Part shown: positions 30,050 through 40,050 of the stretch, one piece after another
Layout: each line of letters opens with the position of its first letter
Numbering within the stretch: position 1 is the stretch's first letter
From: Bythopirellula sp.
GTDB taxonomy: Bacteria; Planctomycetota; Planctomycetia; Pirellulales; Lacipirellulaceae
DNA length: 64,000 nt
Direction of reading: 5' to 3'
NCBI GenBank assembly: GCA_965216565.1
Contig: OZ244170.1
Location: 2,400,001 to 2,464,000 of the forward strand
Position numbers and translations under genes: made by a program
The notes under the pieces: model-generated
The model's database searches: none
The model's input: only the letters and a program-made list of their open reading frames with translations
What the model was told of the DNA's origin: nothing

Positions 30050-31438
30050 TTACGAACAGTCGGGGCCAAAAAATGTGTAGTAGGGTTCGTCGTTTGCGAG
30101 CCGCTGAACGTAAAGAGCCGCCTCGCGAAGATGATAGTCTCCCCACATACATGCCTCACCACAGGGTGAAGTACGACCCTCGGGGATGTGGTCCCAGCCA
30201 TTGGGGCGGTGGTAAATGGAATGGAGCAGAAGTCCTTCATGAGACGCTTCCGTAGACAAATATGGCTCTGCGATCAGCGTCTTGAATACCGTTAGCCCCG
30301 CCTGATTGTATCGCTTTGCTTTCTCGGTTTCACCCTTTGCTTGAAGCAATCTGCCTAACCGTAAAAGCCCCTGGCATGCAATCGCGGCGGCAGAGCTATC
30401 GACTGGCTCAATGTCGTTGAAGGGGTCAGCCGGTCTGTCGAGGTGGTCCTCGAGTTCAACCAGACCAGGGGCGCCGGTATCCCAGTAAGGAACTCCGCAG
30501 GTGGGCGTGTTCTCAATGTAGAAATCACAAGTGGCGCGAGCTGCTTTGAGGAAAGTGTGTTCAACCTCTGTTCTGCCACCGTGGGGTGACAATGCCTCGT
30601 CTGAAATAGTCGCCATCCATTCGAGAAGCTCGGCAAAACCTAGCATCGCCCACGACAACCCACGAGTCCAAGTGGTGAAGGGGGAATATCCTTGCTGTGT
30701 CGATGGGCAACGATAGTCGCCACTATTCGTATTGAAAAGCGATTCGTGCGCCGTGCGCCCACGAACATCGTAGAGGTCTCGCTCCTCTCCGTACCAAATA
30801 TTGTACTTTGCTGTCGCCTGGGCATGAGCAATGATTCGACCTAGTAGGCAAATCGGCTCGTCGCGCTCGCCCATCATTTGGTGATTCAACCGATAGGCCA
30901 TTGCCAGGGCTCGACACGATCGGATCGTGTCGACAAACAATGACTGCGGGCCATTGAACGAGTAGATATAGCCTCCGCCATCTCTAGTTTTCGCCCAACG
31001 CGAAGCCTGCACAGAGCCACTTACTTTGATTGCTAACTCGTAGAAATTTCGCTCCCAGGAAGATTCTTCAACTCGCCCCTCATTCATCAAACGCAGTAGC
31101 GCACCATACGTACTGACGTTGTTGAATCCATGGTCATGGACACCCGTGTGAGTCACGTGCGATGTCATCATCGTGGATACGCGTTGCCGACCACGTTCTA
31201 GCCACTGCTCATCGCCCGTAGCGTCAAACTGGAGTATTAACGATCCATATTGAAAACCCTGGGTCCATTCGGTCCACCCTTGAGGTTGGTACACCCCGGC
31301 CACAGTAAACACGGGCGTCTGCAGACTCTCTTCGCTTCGCTGCTCAATAAGAGGCAGCTTCTCAGCCGAGGCTTCCCAAAGTGTGTTTACGCCTGGGAGT
31401 AAATCGGGGGGCGACAGGCTATTATTGATTTCAATCAT
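30050..31438 (-). CDS. GH88-like unsaturated uronyl hydrolase (cytoplasmic)
   Basis: WTQGF, HDHGF, FVDT, QGY...TWTRG..W, PYWD, DSSAAAI, WGDY; no signal peptide. Confidence 0.8.
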   Translation of the reverse strand: MIEINNSLSPPDLLPGVNTLWEASAEKLPLIEQRSEESLQTPVFTVAGVYQPQGWTEWTQGFQYGSLILQFDATGDEQWLERGRQRVSTMMTSHVTHTGVHDHGFNNVSTYGALLRLMNEGRVEESSWERNFYELAIKVSGSVQASRWAKTRDGGGYIYSFNGPQSLFVDTIRSCRALAMAYRLNHQMMGERDEPICLLGRIIAHAQATAKYNIWYGEERDLYDVRGRTAHESLFNTNSGDYRCPSTQQGYSPFTTWTRGLSWAMLGFAELLEWMATISDEALSPHGGRTEVEHTFLKAARATCDFYIENTPTCGVPYWDTGAPGLVELEDHLDRPADPFNDIEPVDSSAAAIACQGLLRLGRLLQAKGETEKAKRYNQAGLTVFKTLIAEPYLSTEASHEGLLLHSIYHRPNGWDHIPEGRTSPCGEACMWGDYHLREAALYVQRLANDEPYYTFFGPDCS

Positions 31439-31559
31439 TGGGAGCTTGATAAATCTACGAATTCAGCTGAATACAACCTCTTCGGCTCACAAAAGCTTGC
31501 GGTTTTCTAGGATATTTGCATTTCATTCGGGTGTCTTGGATAATCGGATATAGTGGACT

Positions 31560-32420
31560 TTGCAATTCGGGCATTCAACCATTATTCCTGTGGCACTCAA
31601 AACTCTCACCAAACGTGCTTTATCCGAAACTCTACCTAGTTGGGGGATTTTCGTCTTAGAAAGCCACCATGCACCGGGCTTCATCATGGAATGGCGTCGG
31701 CATGAATTCATCAAGGTGGTCTACGCACTCCAGGGGAGGGGAGTCCTCCATACTGCAAAAAACAAATGCGAGTTCAAGGCTAAGGATGTATTGGTGATCC
31801 CCGCACAACTCCGAAATCGAATTGTAGATGCCCCGGGCGAACCAAGTTCCCTTTACGTGCTCTGCGTAAGCCCTCAGTTGCTGGCTTTTGATCCGAAGAT
31901 AACTAAGCGGCTGGAAAGCGGTCGACTTGCCCGTTCTGAGTACTTGGCAAATCGGGTAGAATCTTTATTTCGACGTATGTTATTTCAGCAATCTCATGGT
32001 GGTCATGCTGCAAGCTTGACGATGGCAGCGGCGGTGCTCGATTTATTTCAGATTCTCATTGAAAAGCAGGGTAGGGCACCATTGATTGAGGAGGCTAGCA
32101 GTAAAAGCACTCACGAAATTGAGCGGTATGTAGAATACCTCGACTACCATTTTTTCGAAGCTCAAGACATTCAAACCGCTGCGCGGCAGTTAGGCATGTC
32201 GAGAAGGACGTTTACGAAGCACTTTCGCGAAGTGACGGGCAAATCATGGCTCGAATACGTCCACTCAAAAGCAATTGATCACGCAGCGCGGCTCTTACTA
32301 GAGACTCCCGCGCCGATCACATCGATCGCCTTTGAATGTGGCTTCGCAGATCTTTCGACCTTCTACCGGCAATTCAAAGCTAGAAAAGGCACGAGTCCCG
32401 CAGCCTGGCGAAGCCAATGA
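31560..32420 (+). CDS. AraC-family transcriptional regulator
   Basis: N-terminal cupin; C-terminal double HTH ITSIAFECGFADLSTFYRQFK...GTSP; divergent from the GH88 operon; start uncertain. Confidence 0.9.
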   Translation: MQFGHSTIIPVALKTLTKRALSETLPSWGIFVLESHHAPGFIMEWRRHEFIKVVYALQGRGVLHTAKNKCEFKAKDVLVIPAQLRNRIVDAPGEPSSLYVLCVSPQLLAFDPKITKRLESGRLARSEYLANRVESLFRRMLFQQSHGGHAASLTMAAAVLDLFQILIEKQGRAPLIEEASSKSTHEIERYVEYLDYHFFEAQDIQTAARQLGMSRRTFTKHFREVTGKSWLEYVHSKAIDHAARLLLETPAPITSIAFECGFADLSTFYRQFKARKGTSPAAWRSQ

Positions 32421-32463
32421 CACTCTTTGGTTCGAGTTTCTACCTGGCTCGAATGATCAGCGA

Positions 32464-33549
32464 CTACCGCTGAACTCTAGCCGAGCCTCCGCTTGCTAGA
32501 GCTTCGACTTCGGAAAGCGTCGCCATTGAGACATCTCCCGGGAACGTAGTCAGCAAGGCCCCATGAGCCCAACCCAAACGGAGAGCCTCCTCCTCCGAGC
32601 GACCCGAGAGCAATCCATAGATAAGTCCCGAGCAGAACCCATCGCCTCCGCCGATGCGATCGATCACGTCTAGATCCAACATAGGGCTGACATACTTTTC
32701 ACCGTCTAGCCAGAGCAAGGCACCCCATTGGTGCCGATTTGTACTTTTGACTTCGCGAAGAGTCGTCGCCACAGCTTTCACATTCGGATACTGCTGTTTG
32801 ACCTTCTCAATCATTTTGAAAAACTGATCCGTGTCGAGATCAGACTTCTCTTCAACGTCTTGCCCTTCGATACCGAGGCTCTTCTGCAAATCCTCTTCAT
32901 TACCGATCAAGACGTCGACGTTGGACGCTATCGCCTGCATCATTTCGCGGCCCTTGGCCTCACCACCCTCGAGCGTCTTCCAGAGTTTACCCCGATAGTT
33001 AAGGTCGAATGATGCAATCGCACCGCTGTCTCGTGCAGCCTTCATCCCTTCGACGATTAGCTCAGCCGTTTGCCCACCCAGAGCAGCAAAAATACCGCCG
33101 GAGTGGAACCAGCGGACGCCGTTGGAAAAGATAGTCTTCCAATCGAAGTCCCCGGGTTTCAGTAAGGCTCCTGCCTCGTTGGCCCGGTTGTAAAATACCA
33201 CTGGCGGACGCACTCCCTGCCCGCGATCGCTGTAGACCGTGGCAATGTTAGGGCCGCGTACACCATCGTGCTCAAACTGCTTGTAGTGGCTTTGGACTCC
33301 CATCTCACGGATTCTGGCCTGCACGAGTTCGCCGATTCCGTTGTCCACCATTGCCGTAGCAATGCCAGTTTGCAGGCCGAAGCAACTCGCCAAATTGGCC
33401 GCAGCATTGTATTCGCCGCCTGAAATATGGACTTCTAAAGTTCGACAACGCCGAAATGGGATCACGCCTGGATCGAGGCGATGCACCACGGCACCGAGAG
33501 AAAGAAAGTCGAGTTGGCAGTCATCTTTGCGAATGTTTAGACCAGACAC
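32464..33549 (-). CDS. kdgK: 2-keto-3-deoxygluconate kinase (PfkB family)
   Basis: GGEYN.A, WFHSGGIF.AL, SFDLNYR.KLW, GNEED, DRIGGGDGF; near eda. Confidence 0.85.
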   Translation of the reverse strand: MSGLNIRKDDCQLDFLSLGAVVHRLDPGVIPFRRCRTLEVHISGGEYNAAANLASCFGLQTGIATAMVDNGIGELVQARIREMGVQSHYKQFEHDGVRGPNIATVYSDRGQGVRPPVVFYNRANEAGALLKPGDFDWKTIFSNGVRWFHSGGIFAALGGQTAELIVEGMKAARDSGAIASFDLNYRGKLWKTLEGGEAKGREMMQAIASNVDVLIGNEEDLQKSLGIEGQDVEEKSDLDTDQFFKMIEKVKQQYPNVKAVATTLREVKSTNRHQWGALLWLDGEKYVSPMLDLDVIDRIGGGDGFCSGLIYGLLSGRSEEEALRLGWAHGALLTTFPGDVSMATLSEVEALASGGSARVQR

Positions 33550-33563
33550 TATTAGTACCCTAA

Positions 33564-35279
33564 TTACGATTCAGTGGAAGGATTCTTGCGAAGCATTTGA
33601 ACGACTAAGACAATGGCGATATAGCCTGCGGCAAAATAGAGCCCCATGCTCCCGCCTTTTTTGTAAACTGCGGATATTCCAGCGGCAGTCGCTGCAAGAG
33701 CCGCAAAGCCCATCAGCACATTCCACACCATGCGGGACGTGCCTTGTGGTCGCTCTTCACCCATGAGCGTTTTTTGATTCATCATTAAATAAAACGTGAT
33801 ATAAGCAATGGGTAGGAGCATGGCGCCAAACACGCCTGCTACTACGGTCAACCATGCTTTGGCATTTCCAGTCCATAGCAGCGGCCAGAGAACACCATTG
33901 GCAGAGGCCAGGCAGCCAATTCGGAACAGCCAGCCTCGGGGTGGGACATCGAAAATTTCGCAAACGATAAAACCAGAGATCAGCATCATCAGCGAAATCG
34001 ACGAAAGGGTCATCCCCACTACGCCGATGCCAAACACGACATTCGAGAAAAAGCGTCCTCCTTTCCCCGACTCATCGGAGAACAATTGCTGGAGAGACGT
34101 TGCCAGATCGTAGGTATCTCGTTTCACTAAGACCGCCGCTAACTTCTTTTCCGCCAGACTTGGTTCTGAACCCAGGTCCGAGTTATCCGCATCACTCGCA
34201 GTAATGCGCTGAGACACCATCGATTCGTAGGCCTTCTCGAATCGTGGTGGGACCGTAACAGAAGTTTCGGACAGCTCAAAACCATCTGGAAGTCTGGCAT
34301 GAAACTGTGTCGCCGCTGCGATAACCACACAACCGGTCGCTAACACGAACGGAATAAAGGTTCCAGTAGACATGTCGAAAATAGTTAGACCCCGGAAGTC
34401 TTTGTCCCAACCTCGCGAAAGCAAGTTGTAGGGCAGCAGAAAGGTCATATTGATTCCAACCGCAGCGGCACCGGCACTTAGCATGATATCTCGCTGTTGG
34501 CTAACTATGAGGTCACTCCAATAGGCGGCAGCAGCTGGTTCTGAAATTGCATCGAGCAATGGCTTGAAGGTCTCTGCAGGGGCATAAATGTGGTGAAGCT
34601 TGGGAATAAGCCCTACCAGAATCGCTCCCCAATCGATGCCATCGCCCACTGTCGACATGCGTACCACGACACCAATGAAGCAGAGGACAATCACCGCGAC
34701 GACTATTTTCAGTAGACCTTCATAGATTTTCACGCCTCTGCTCCCAGAGCCATAGCTCCAAGTTACTAGCGTGCAGAGGATGAGTATTGCAATAGATACA
34801 AGCCACTTTCCTGCAGTGCTGGCTTCTGTTCCATTGGCATTGGCCAATGCCCCGTCGCCCATAAATACTTCCGGCAACAAGTTCTGCTCAACGACTGCAA
34901 AGCAGAGCGAGTACTGCGGCATCGACCAAACCATATTTGCCATTAGCGAGGCGATCAACCACGACCAGCCGAGCACGGGATTGATGTGCTCATTGATTGA
35001 TCGGAAGGGTCGCTCACCGGTGGAAAGCGTCACATAGCTAATAGCGCTCAGCATGATGACGCCCAGGATCATGGCGAACGGCTGCAGCCAAATCATGCTT
35101 ACGCCAGCAAGAATCCCAAGATACAGGCTACTTCCCAGCGACCCACCGCCCAGTGTGAGTGCGCTTTGCATCCAGCCCGGTCCCGATAGTTTAGAGAAGG
35201 CAAGGAGTTTCCCCAGAGTCCCCTTGTCTTGCGCTTGGAGAATTTTTTGCCGATCTAACTCAACCTGTGAGTTTTCCAT
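33564..35279 (-). CDS. Nramp-like (APC-fold) transporter
   Basis: SGPGWMQSALTLGGGS, GINMTFLLPY, LLPIAY, MN...MG..RP; about 12 TMs. Confidence 0.75.
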   Translation of the reverse strand: MENSQVELDRQKILQAQDKGTLGKLLAFSKLSGPGWMQSALTLGGGSLGSSLYLGILAGVSMIWLQPFAMILGVIMLSAISYVTLSTGERPFRSINEHINPVLGWSWLIASLMANMVWSMPQYSLCFAVVEQNLLPEVFMGDGALANANGTEASTAGKWLVSIAILILCTLVTWSYGSGSRGVKIYEGLLKIVVAVIVLCFIGVVVRMSTVGDGIDWGAILVGLIPKLHHIYAPAETFKPLLDAISEPAAAAYWSDLIVSQQRDIMLSAGAAAVGINMTFLLPYNLLSRGWDKDFRGLTIFDMSTGTFIPFVLATGCVVIAAATQFHARLPDGFELSETSVTVPPRFEKAYESMVSQRITASDADNSDLGSEPSLAEKKLAAVLVKRDTYDLATSLQQLFSDESGKGGRFFSNVVFGIGVVGMTLSSISLMMLISGFIVCEIFDVPPRGWLFRIGCLASANGVLWPLLWTGNAKAWLTVVAGVFGAMLLPIAYITFYLMMNQKTLMGEERPQGTSRMVWNVLMGFAALAATAAGISAVYKKGGSMGLYFAAGYIAIVLVVQMLRKNPSTES

Positions 35280-35304
35280 GTATTGATCCTAGTAAAGACG
35301 GTTA

Positions 35305-36540
35305 CTACGAAATAAATCCTATGATACCAACACCCGCCATCGCGAGCGAAAAAACCGCGACCAAGGCTAAGAGTAAATTTTCGTAAGGGCGATTGACGTG
35401 TTCTCCCATCAACTGCTTGTTATTGAGCAAGTAAGCCAGACAAAGCACCGTCGTGGGAAGAATAATTGATCCCACAGCCTGCGAGGCCAGCATTACCCAA
35501 ACGGGTTTCGTGTGAAAAATAGGCACAACAAGCCCCAAGGCACACATCCCCAGCACGATCATCCTATCAGTGTTGCTGCGAATTTGAGCCGAATCCCCTC
35601 GGTAATCATGCCTCATCCAAGGCACCGATGCAACGTTAGGAAACTGAGAAGATATGCCGGCTGCGCTGACTCCCAGGACAAAGATAGTCACTGCTAGGCT
35701 ACCGGCGATGGGCTGTAGCAACGGCACCATCTCCCGCACGTGCTGGAATTCAACACCATGCCGATGCAAACTGCCGGCGGCGGAAATCATGATTGCGGCA
35801 CTAATTACAAAGACTAGCGTTGCACTAACCGCGGCATCCCGCTTTTGCGTCGCAAGTTGCTCCGTCGTCCATTCTTGCTCGCGAACTAGAATCGAGCGCA
35901 GAATCAACACGATGGGAGCAACCGTTGTTCCAACCATGCTGGCTACGACTAGGAATCCCGAACGCGAGGAATTCGTTGCCGAAACCTCCGGGATATTGGG
36001 AACTAAACCTTGAATAACCTCCTCCGGAGACGGCAACATCGTGACCGCGTTGGCAATAAAACAGATGCCCATAACACCTGCCAACGCTGCCAAGATCTTC
36101 TCGATGGACTTCACACTTCCGGTAATCAAAACAAGAAAGATTATTACGGAAACTATACTGGCCCAAACGAGTGCCGACATCATGCCCACACCCCAAGAAG
36201 TCGACCATTCAGTTAAGATGCTCGCCAAGATGCCCATGACGCCCATAACGCTGGCACTGACGTTCAACGAGAGTGAGATAAGTAAGAACATCGCCAGGGC
36301 AGGATGAATTTTCTTGCGGATAGCGAATAGGGCCGAGCAGCCACTATGAATGGTTAATCGTCCGAATGAGTCGAAAAGGATGTAGGACACCAGACAGGAC
36401 AGTAGCAGCGCCCACAGCAAACTAGTACCGTGATCGGCACCTGCCTTGACCATTGCCGTAACGCTGCCCGTGCCGACGGTGAAGCCAACAAGAAATAATC
36501 CCGGCAAGAGTGAGTCGATAATGCGGGAAAGCTTCGTCAT
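35305..36540 (-). CDS. Nramp-like (APC-fold) transporter
   Basis: PGLF..GFTVGTGSVT...AGA..G.SLLW, SMVGTTVAP, LNNK.LMGEH.N; about 11 TMs. Confidence 0.8.
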   Translation of the reverse strand: MTKLSRIIDSLLPGLFLVGFTVGTGSVTAMVKAGADHGTSLLWALLLSCLVSYILFDSFGRLTIHSGCSALFAIRKKIHPALAMFLLISLSLNVSASVMGVMGILASILTEWSTSWGVGMMSALVWASIVSVIIFLVLITGSVKSIEKILAALAGVMGICFIANAVTMLPSPEEVIQGLVPNIPEVSATNSSRSGFLVVASMVGTTVAPIVLILRSILVREQEWTTEQLATQKRDAAVSATLVFVISAAIMISAAGSLHRHGVEFQHVREMVPLLQPIAGSLAVTIFVLGVSAAGISSQFPNVASVPWMRHDYRGDSAQIRSNTDRMIVLGMCALGLVVPIFHTKPVWVMLASQAVGSIILPTTVLCLAYLLNNKQLMGEHVNRPYENLLLALVAVFSLAMAGVGIIGFIS

Positions 36541-36576
36541 AGGGTCCCATCGAATGGCAAAGCCTCGGCGCTCCGA

Positions 36577-37329
36577 CTAGCGGACTATTTGCATTGTCAT
36601 TCCACCATCGACTGTGATGGACTCGCCTGTCATGAACTCGTTGGTGACCAGTAGCCTGATCGCTTCGGCAACATCTTCCACAGTCCCTTCCCGGTGCAAC
36701 GGAAGACGGTTTGCCAGATTGTGCTTTTGCGCTTCAGGTGTCATCGCCTCGTGAAAGCGTGTCCGAATGATGCCTGGATTCACACAGTTCACGCGAATAT
36801 TGTCATCAGCGACATCGCGGGCCAGCATCCGAGTGAAGTTCAACAATGCCCCCTTCACTGTGCCGTAGGCAAACGCCCCAGGACAACCTCTAATTCCGGC
36901 GGCCGAGGAGATCAGAACTATCGCACCTTCACCGCTCTTTCTGAACCAGGGTAGCGACTTCCTGCAAAGGTGAAACGCCGCGTGGACGTGGATATCAAAA
37001 GTTTCGTGCCACTGCTCGACAGTGATGTCTTCAATCTTTCCCGGAGAAGGACCACCAGCGGAGTGGACCAAAATGTCGAGACCGCCAAGTGCCTCGGCCG
37101 ATTCGGCAACACATCGCTCAGCCTCGCTTTGCTTGCCGAGGTCGCCTTGCTGGAAAAAGCAGCGACGACCGAGTGCTTCAATGGCCTGGATTAACTCGTC
37201 AGTCGACTCATCTCGGTTGCGGGCGTTGATCGCCACGTCGGCACCGCCGGTAGCCAAATCCAGAGCCACTGCGGCACCGATCCCTTTTGTGCCACCGGTG
37301 ATTAGAGCACGTTTGCCTTGTAGATTCAT
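36577..37329 (-). CDS. Short-chain dehydrogenase/reductase (candidate DEH reductase)
   Basis: TGGTKGIG, SS, YGTVK, IRVNCVNPG, TGESITVDGG; co-oriented with kdgK. Substrate is inferred from context only. Confidence 0.85.
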   Translation of the reverse strand: MNLQGKRALITGGTKGIGAAVALDLATGGADVAINARNRDESTDELIQAIEALGRRCFFQQGDLGKQSEAERCVAESAEALGGLDILVHSAGGPSPGKIEDITVEQWHETFDIHVHAAFHLCRKSLPWFRKSGEGAIVLISSAAGIRGCPGAFAYGTVKGALLNFTRMLARDVADDNIRVNCVNPGIIRTRFHEAMTPEAQKHNLANRLPLHREGTVEDVAEAIRLLVTNEFMTGESITVDGGMTMQIVR

Positions 37330-37368
37330 TTATTTCGCCTTGTGAATCGAAGTAAGTGTGTCACTTGC

Positions 37369-38280
37369 TCAGGCAAGCCAACTCTTGAGCACTTTCAGAT
37401 CTCGTCGTAGTGCATCGATGTTATCCTGAGTCGATCCCTTTTTTAGGTATTCAACATGCAAGGAAATAGGACCCGAGAAATTATCCTCTTTGACGATATC
37501 AAAGAAATCGGGATTGACCCTACCTTCGCCCAGGGGAACATGCTCCGCTTTTTTGCCTTCCCATTGGAAGTCTTTGACGTAGAGAGCTCCGATATGTGGC
37601 TTAATCACGTCGTAGAGCACCGGCCAGGAGAGGCCGGCTTCAATCGTGGCGTGGCGAATGTCGAACGCAACGCTAATCTGATCGGCAGGTACGCCATTCA
37701 AGAGTAAATGCAGATCCCAGATCGTAGCACCGACAAATTTCGCATCGGAGTGATTCTGATAGAGTGCGCTGATCCCCAGATCTTTGTTCATTGCTGCCAG
37801 ATCATTGAGTCCCGGCCGAATGTCTTCGATTTGCTTTAGAATCGGTTTCGTGAGATCGTACTTGTAAAAGCCCATTCGGTAACTCTTGATGCCCAAATCG
37901 ACAGCAGTACGTAGGACCTTTTCAGTAAGAGGTTGGTCTGGTGTCAGGACATCCGAGGCCATGGTCGTGACCTCCAAGTCCCTCTTGTTGAGAGCCTCGA
38001 CCATCTTGGGCAGATCTTCTTCCACATTCTCTGGCAGAACATGACCGCCATTGCGGACGGTGGCTTCGACACCCACAAATCCCAACTCAGCGATGGTATC
38101 TGCCAACTCGTCATAAGAAAGATCCTGCAGAAATTTTGTGAATGCACAAATCCTGTAGTTGGTCGCTTCATGTTCATGAGCAAGGGCCGAAAGCCCTCCC
38201 AACATTGTGCTGGCGGCCGCACCTGCGACTGCTCTGGAGACAAATTCCCGCCGATCGATACCGCATTTAGCGATGTTCAC
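37369..38280 (-). CDS. Tat-exported sugar phosphate isomerase/epimerase (xylose-isomerase-like TIM barrel)
   Basis: DRREFV twin-arginine signal; FTKFLQ, YQNH, FDIRHA..E, KDF, VPLGEG.V, SLHVEY. Confidence 0.85.
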   Translation of the reverse strand: MNIAKCGIDRREFVSRAVAGAAASTMLGGLSALAHEHEATNYRICAFTKFLQDLSYDELADTIAELGFVGVEATVRNGGHVLPENVEEDLPKMVEALNKRDLEVTTMASDVLTPDQPLTEKVLRTAVDLGIKSYRMGFYKYDLTKPILKQIEDIRPGLNDLAAMNKDLGISALYQNHSDAKFVGATIWDLHLLLNGVPADQISVAFDIRHATIEAGLSWPVLYDVIKPHIGALYVKDFQWEGKKAEHVPLGEGRVNPDFFDIVKEDNFSGPISLHVEYLKKGSTQDNIDALRRDLKVLKSWLA

Positions 38281-38563
38281 TATGCAACCTCCACCTAGAT
38301 AAGAGAACTCTACGAAACTGGCACTAATCTGTAGCCAGCGAGTTTCGATTCGTTGTAACTCTAGGGAAGATTAACATGAATAGAGGCGGAATGAGAGTTG
38401 AAAAAACGGCAGTCTATTCCGGAATTTGGACAAGCCAGGTCTACCTGCGGAACAGCGTAATTCAGCTTTTGGATTCCTCTTTTATCGAATAGCGACACGG
38501 ATTTCGAAGGTAGAGTCGTTCCATCGTCGAACTGCAATGTCGCATATCTGCTCTACTTTCGCC

Positions 38564-40012
38564 TTAAGCAATTAGCTGCTTAACCACCTTTGCCGGTTCA
38601 ACTCCGGTTAGTTTTTGATCCAATCCTTGGAATTTGAATGTGAACTCGTCGTGGTTCATTCCTAGGAGGTGCAAAACAGTCGCGTGAAAATCGCGAATAT
38701 GCAGTGGATCCTTGGTAATGTTGTAAGAAAACTCGTCGGTCTCGCCAAAGATGGTACCGCCCTTGGCACCTCCCCCGGCCATCCACATCGAGAAGCAGCG
38801 TGGGTGATGATCACGGCCGTAGTTGTCCGCAGTCAACGTGCCTTGGGAGTAAATCGTGCGTCCAAACTCACCACCCCAGATCACCAACGTATCGTCCAGC
38901 ATGCCACGCTGCTTAAGGTCCTCAAGCAACGCAAAACAGGGCTGATCGACATCCTTGCACTGGTCGGGCAATCGTCCACCGACATTCGCATGGTGATCCC
39001 AATTGTTATGGTATACCTGGACGAAGCGAACTCCACGTTCTGCCAACCGGCGGGCCATGAGTGCTGTGTTGGCAAAAGAGCCAGGCTTCTTCACTTCTTC
39101 GCCGTACAATTTCAATATGCTCTCTGGCTCCTGATTGAGATCGGTAAGCTCTGGGACGCTCGATTGCATGCGAAATGCCATCTCGTACTGCTTTATCCGC
39201 GTATGCGTTTCTGGATCGCCCCATTTTTCCAAAGCAATTCTATTTAATTCATTGAGGCCATCGATCGATTGCTTACGTATCGACTCGGGAACACCCGGTG
39301 GGTTATTGATGTAGAGTATCGGATCACCTTTGCTACGGAACGATACGCCGGCATGCTCGCCGGGTAGGTACCCCGCGCTCCATAATCGGGCAGAGATTGC
39401 TTGTTCTTGCTCTCGGTTTGTGGGAGTTGCAACTAGAACCACAAAAGCCGGTAGGTTTTGATTATCAGAACCCAAGCCGTAAGCCGCCCAGGAGCCAAGA
39501 CAAGGTCGACCCGTGACTTGATTGCCGGTCTGCATCGCTGTAATTGCCGGCTCGTGATTAATGGCCTCTGTGTGTAGGCTCCGCATCCAGCAAATGTCGT
39601 CTGCCTTTTTAGCTAGATTCGGAAGCAATTCGGTGTTCATCCACAGGCCACAATCTCCCGCGGGGCTAAATCGATACTTCGACGGAGCAATAGGAAATCG
39701 AGCCTGCCCACTGGTCATAGTAGTAAGTCGCTGGCCCATGCGGATCGACTCGGGCAAGTCTTTGTCGAACCATTTTTTCATCACCGGCTTGTAGTCGAAC
39801 AAGTCCATCTGGCTGGGCCCACCAACCATATGCAGATAGATGACGCGTTTTGCCCTGGCGGGAAAATGTGAATTCGTGCTTCGACTCTTCGAGGCACGGG
39901 CAACACCTTTGCCTAGCAGCGACGCTAGAGCGGCTGTCCCCACGACGCTTCCGCTGCGTGCAAAGAAATGCCTCCGAGTCACCTCTAACTTTAGTTCTCT
40001 CTGAGAATGCAC
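38564..40012 (-). CDS. DUF1501 domain protein (Tat signal)
   Basis: TRRHFF, AKRVIYL.M.GGPSQMDLFDYKP, ARRLAERGVRFVQ, WDHH, GEFGRT, GRDHHP. Confidence 0.92.
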   Translation of the reverse strand: MHSQRELKLEVTRRHFFARSGSVVGTAALASLLGKGVARASKSRSTNSHFPARAKRVIYLHMVGGPSQMDLFDYKPVMKKWFDKDLPESIRMGQRLTTMTSGQARFPIAPSKYRFSPAGDCGLWMNTELLPNLAKKADDICWMRSLHTEAINHEPAITAMQTGNQVTGRPCLGSWAAYGLGSDNQNLPAFVVLVATPTNREQEQAISARLWSAGYLPGEHAGVSFRSKGDPILYINNPPGVPESIRKQSIDGLNELNRIALEKWGDPETHTRIKQYEMAFRMQSSVPELTDLNQEPESILKLYGEEVKKPGSFANTALMARRLAERGVRFVQVYHNNWDHHANVGGRLPDQCKDVDQPCFALLEDLKQRGMLDDTLVIWGGEFGRTIYSQGTLTADNYGRDHHPRCFSMWMAGGGAKGGTIFGETDEFSYNITKDPLHIRDFHATVLHLLGMNHDEFTFKFQGLDQKLTGVEPAKVVKQLIA

Positions 40013-40050
40013 TGCTGCGGCTCCTAAACTAATCGAAAGGCAAACTTGAA

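Noticed and set aside
32429..32453. GGTTCGAG T-loop-like sequence as a tRNA fragment
   Set aside because: The gap between the convergent genes is only about 43 bp and no cloverleaf forms; at most a weak hairpin.
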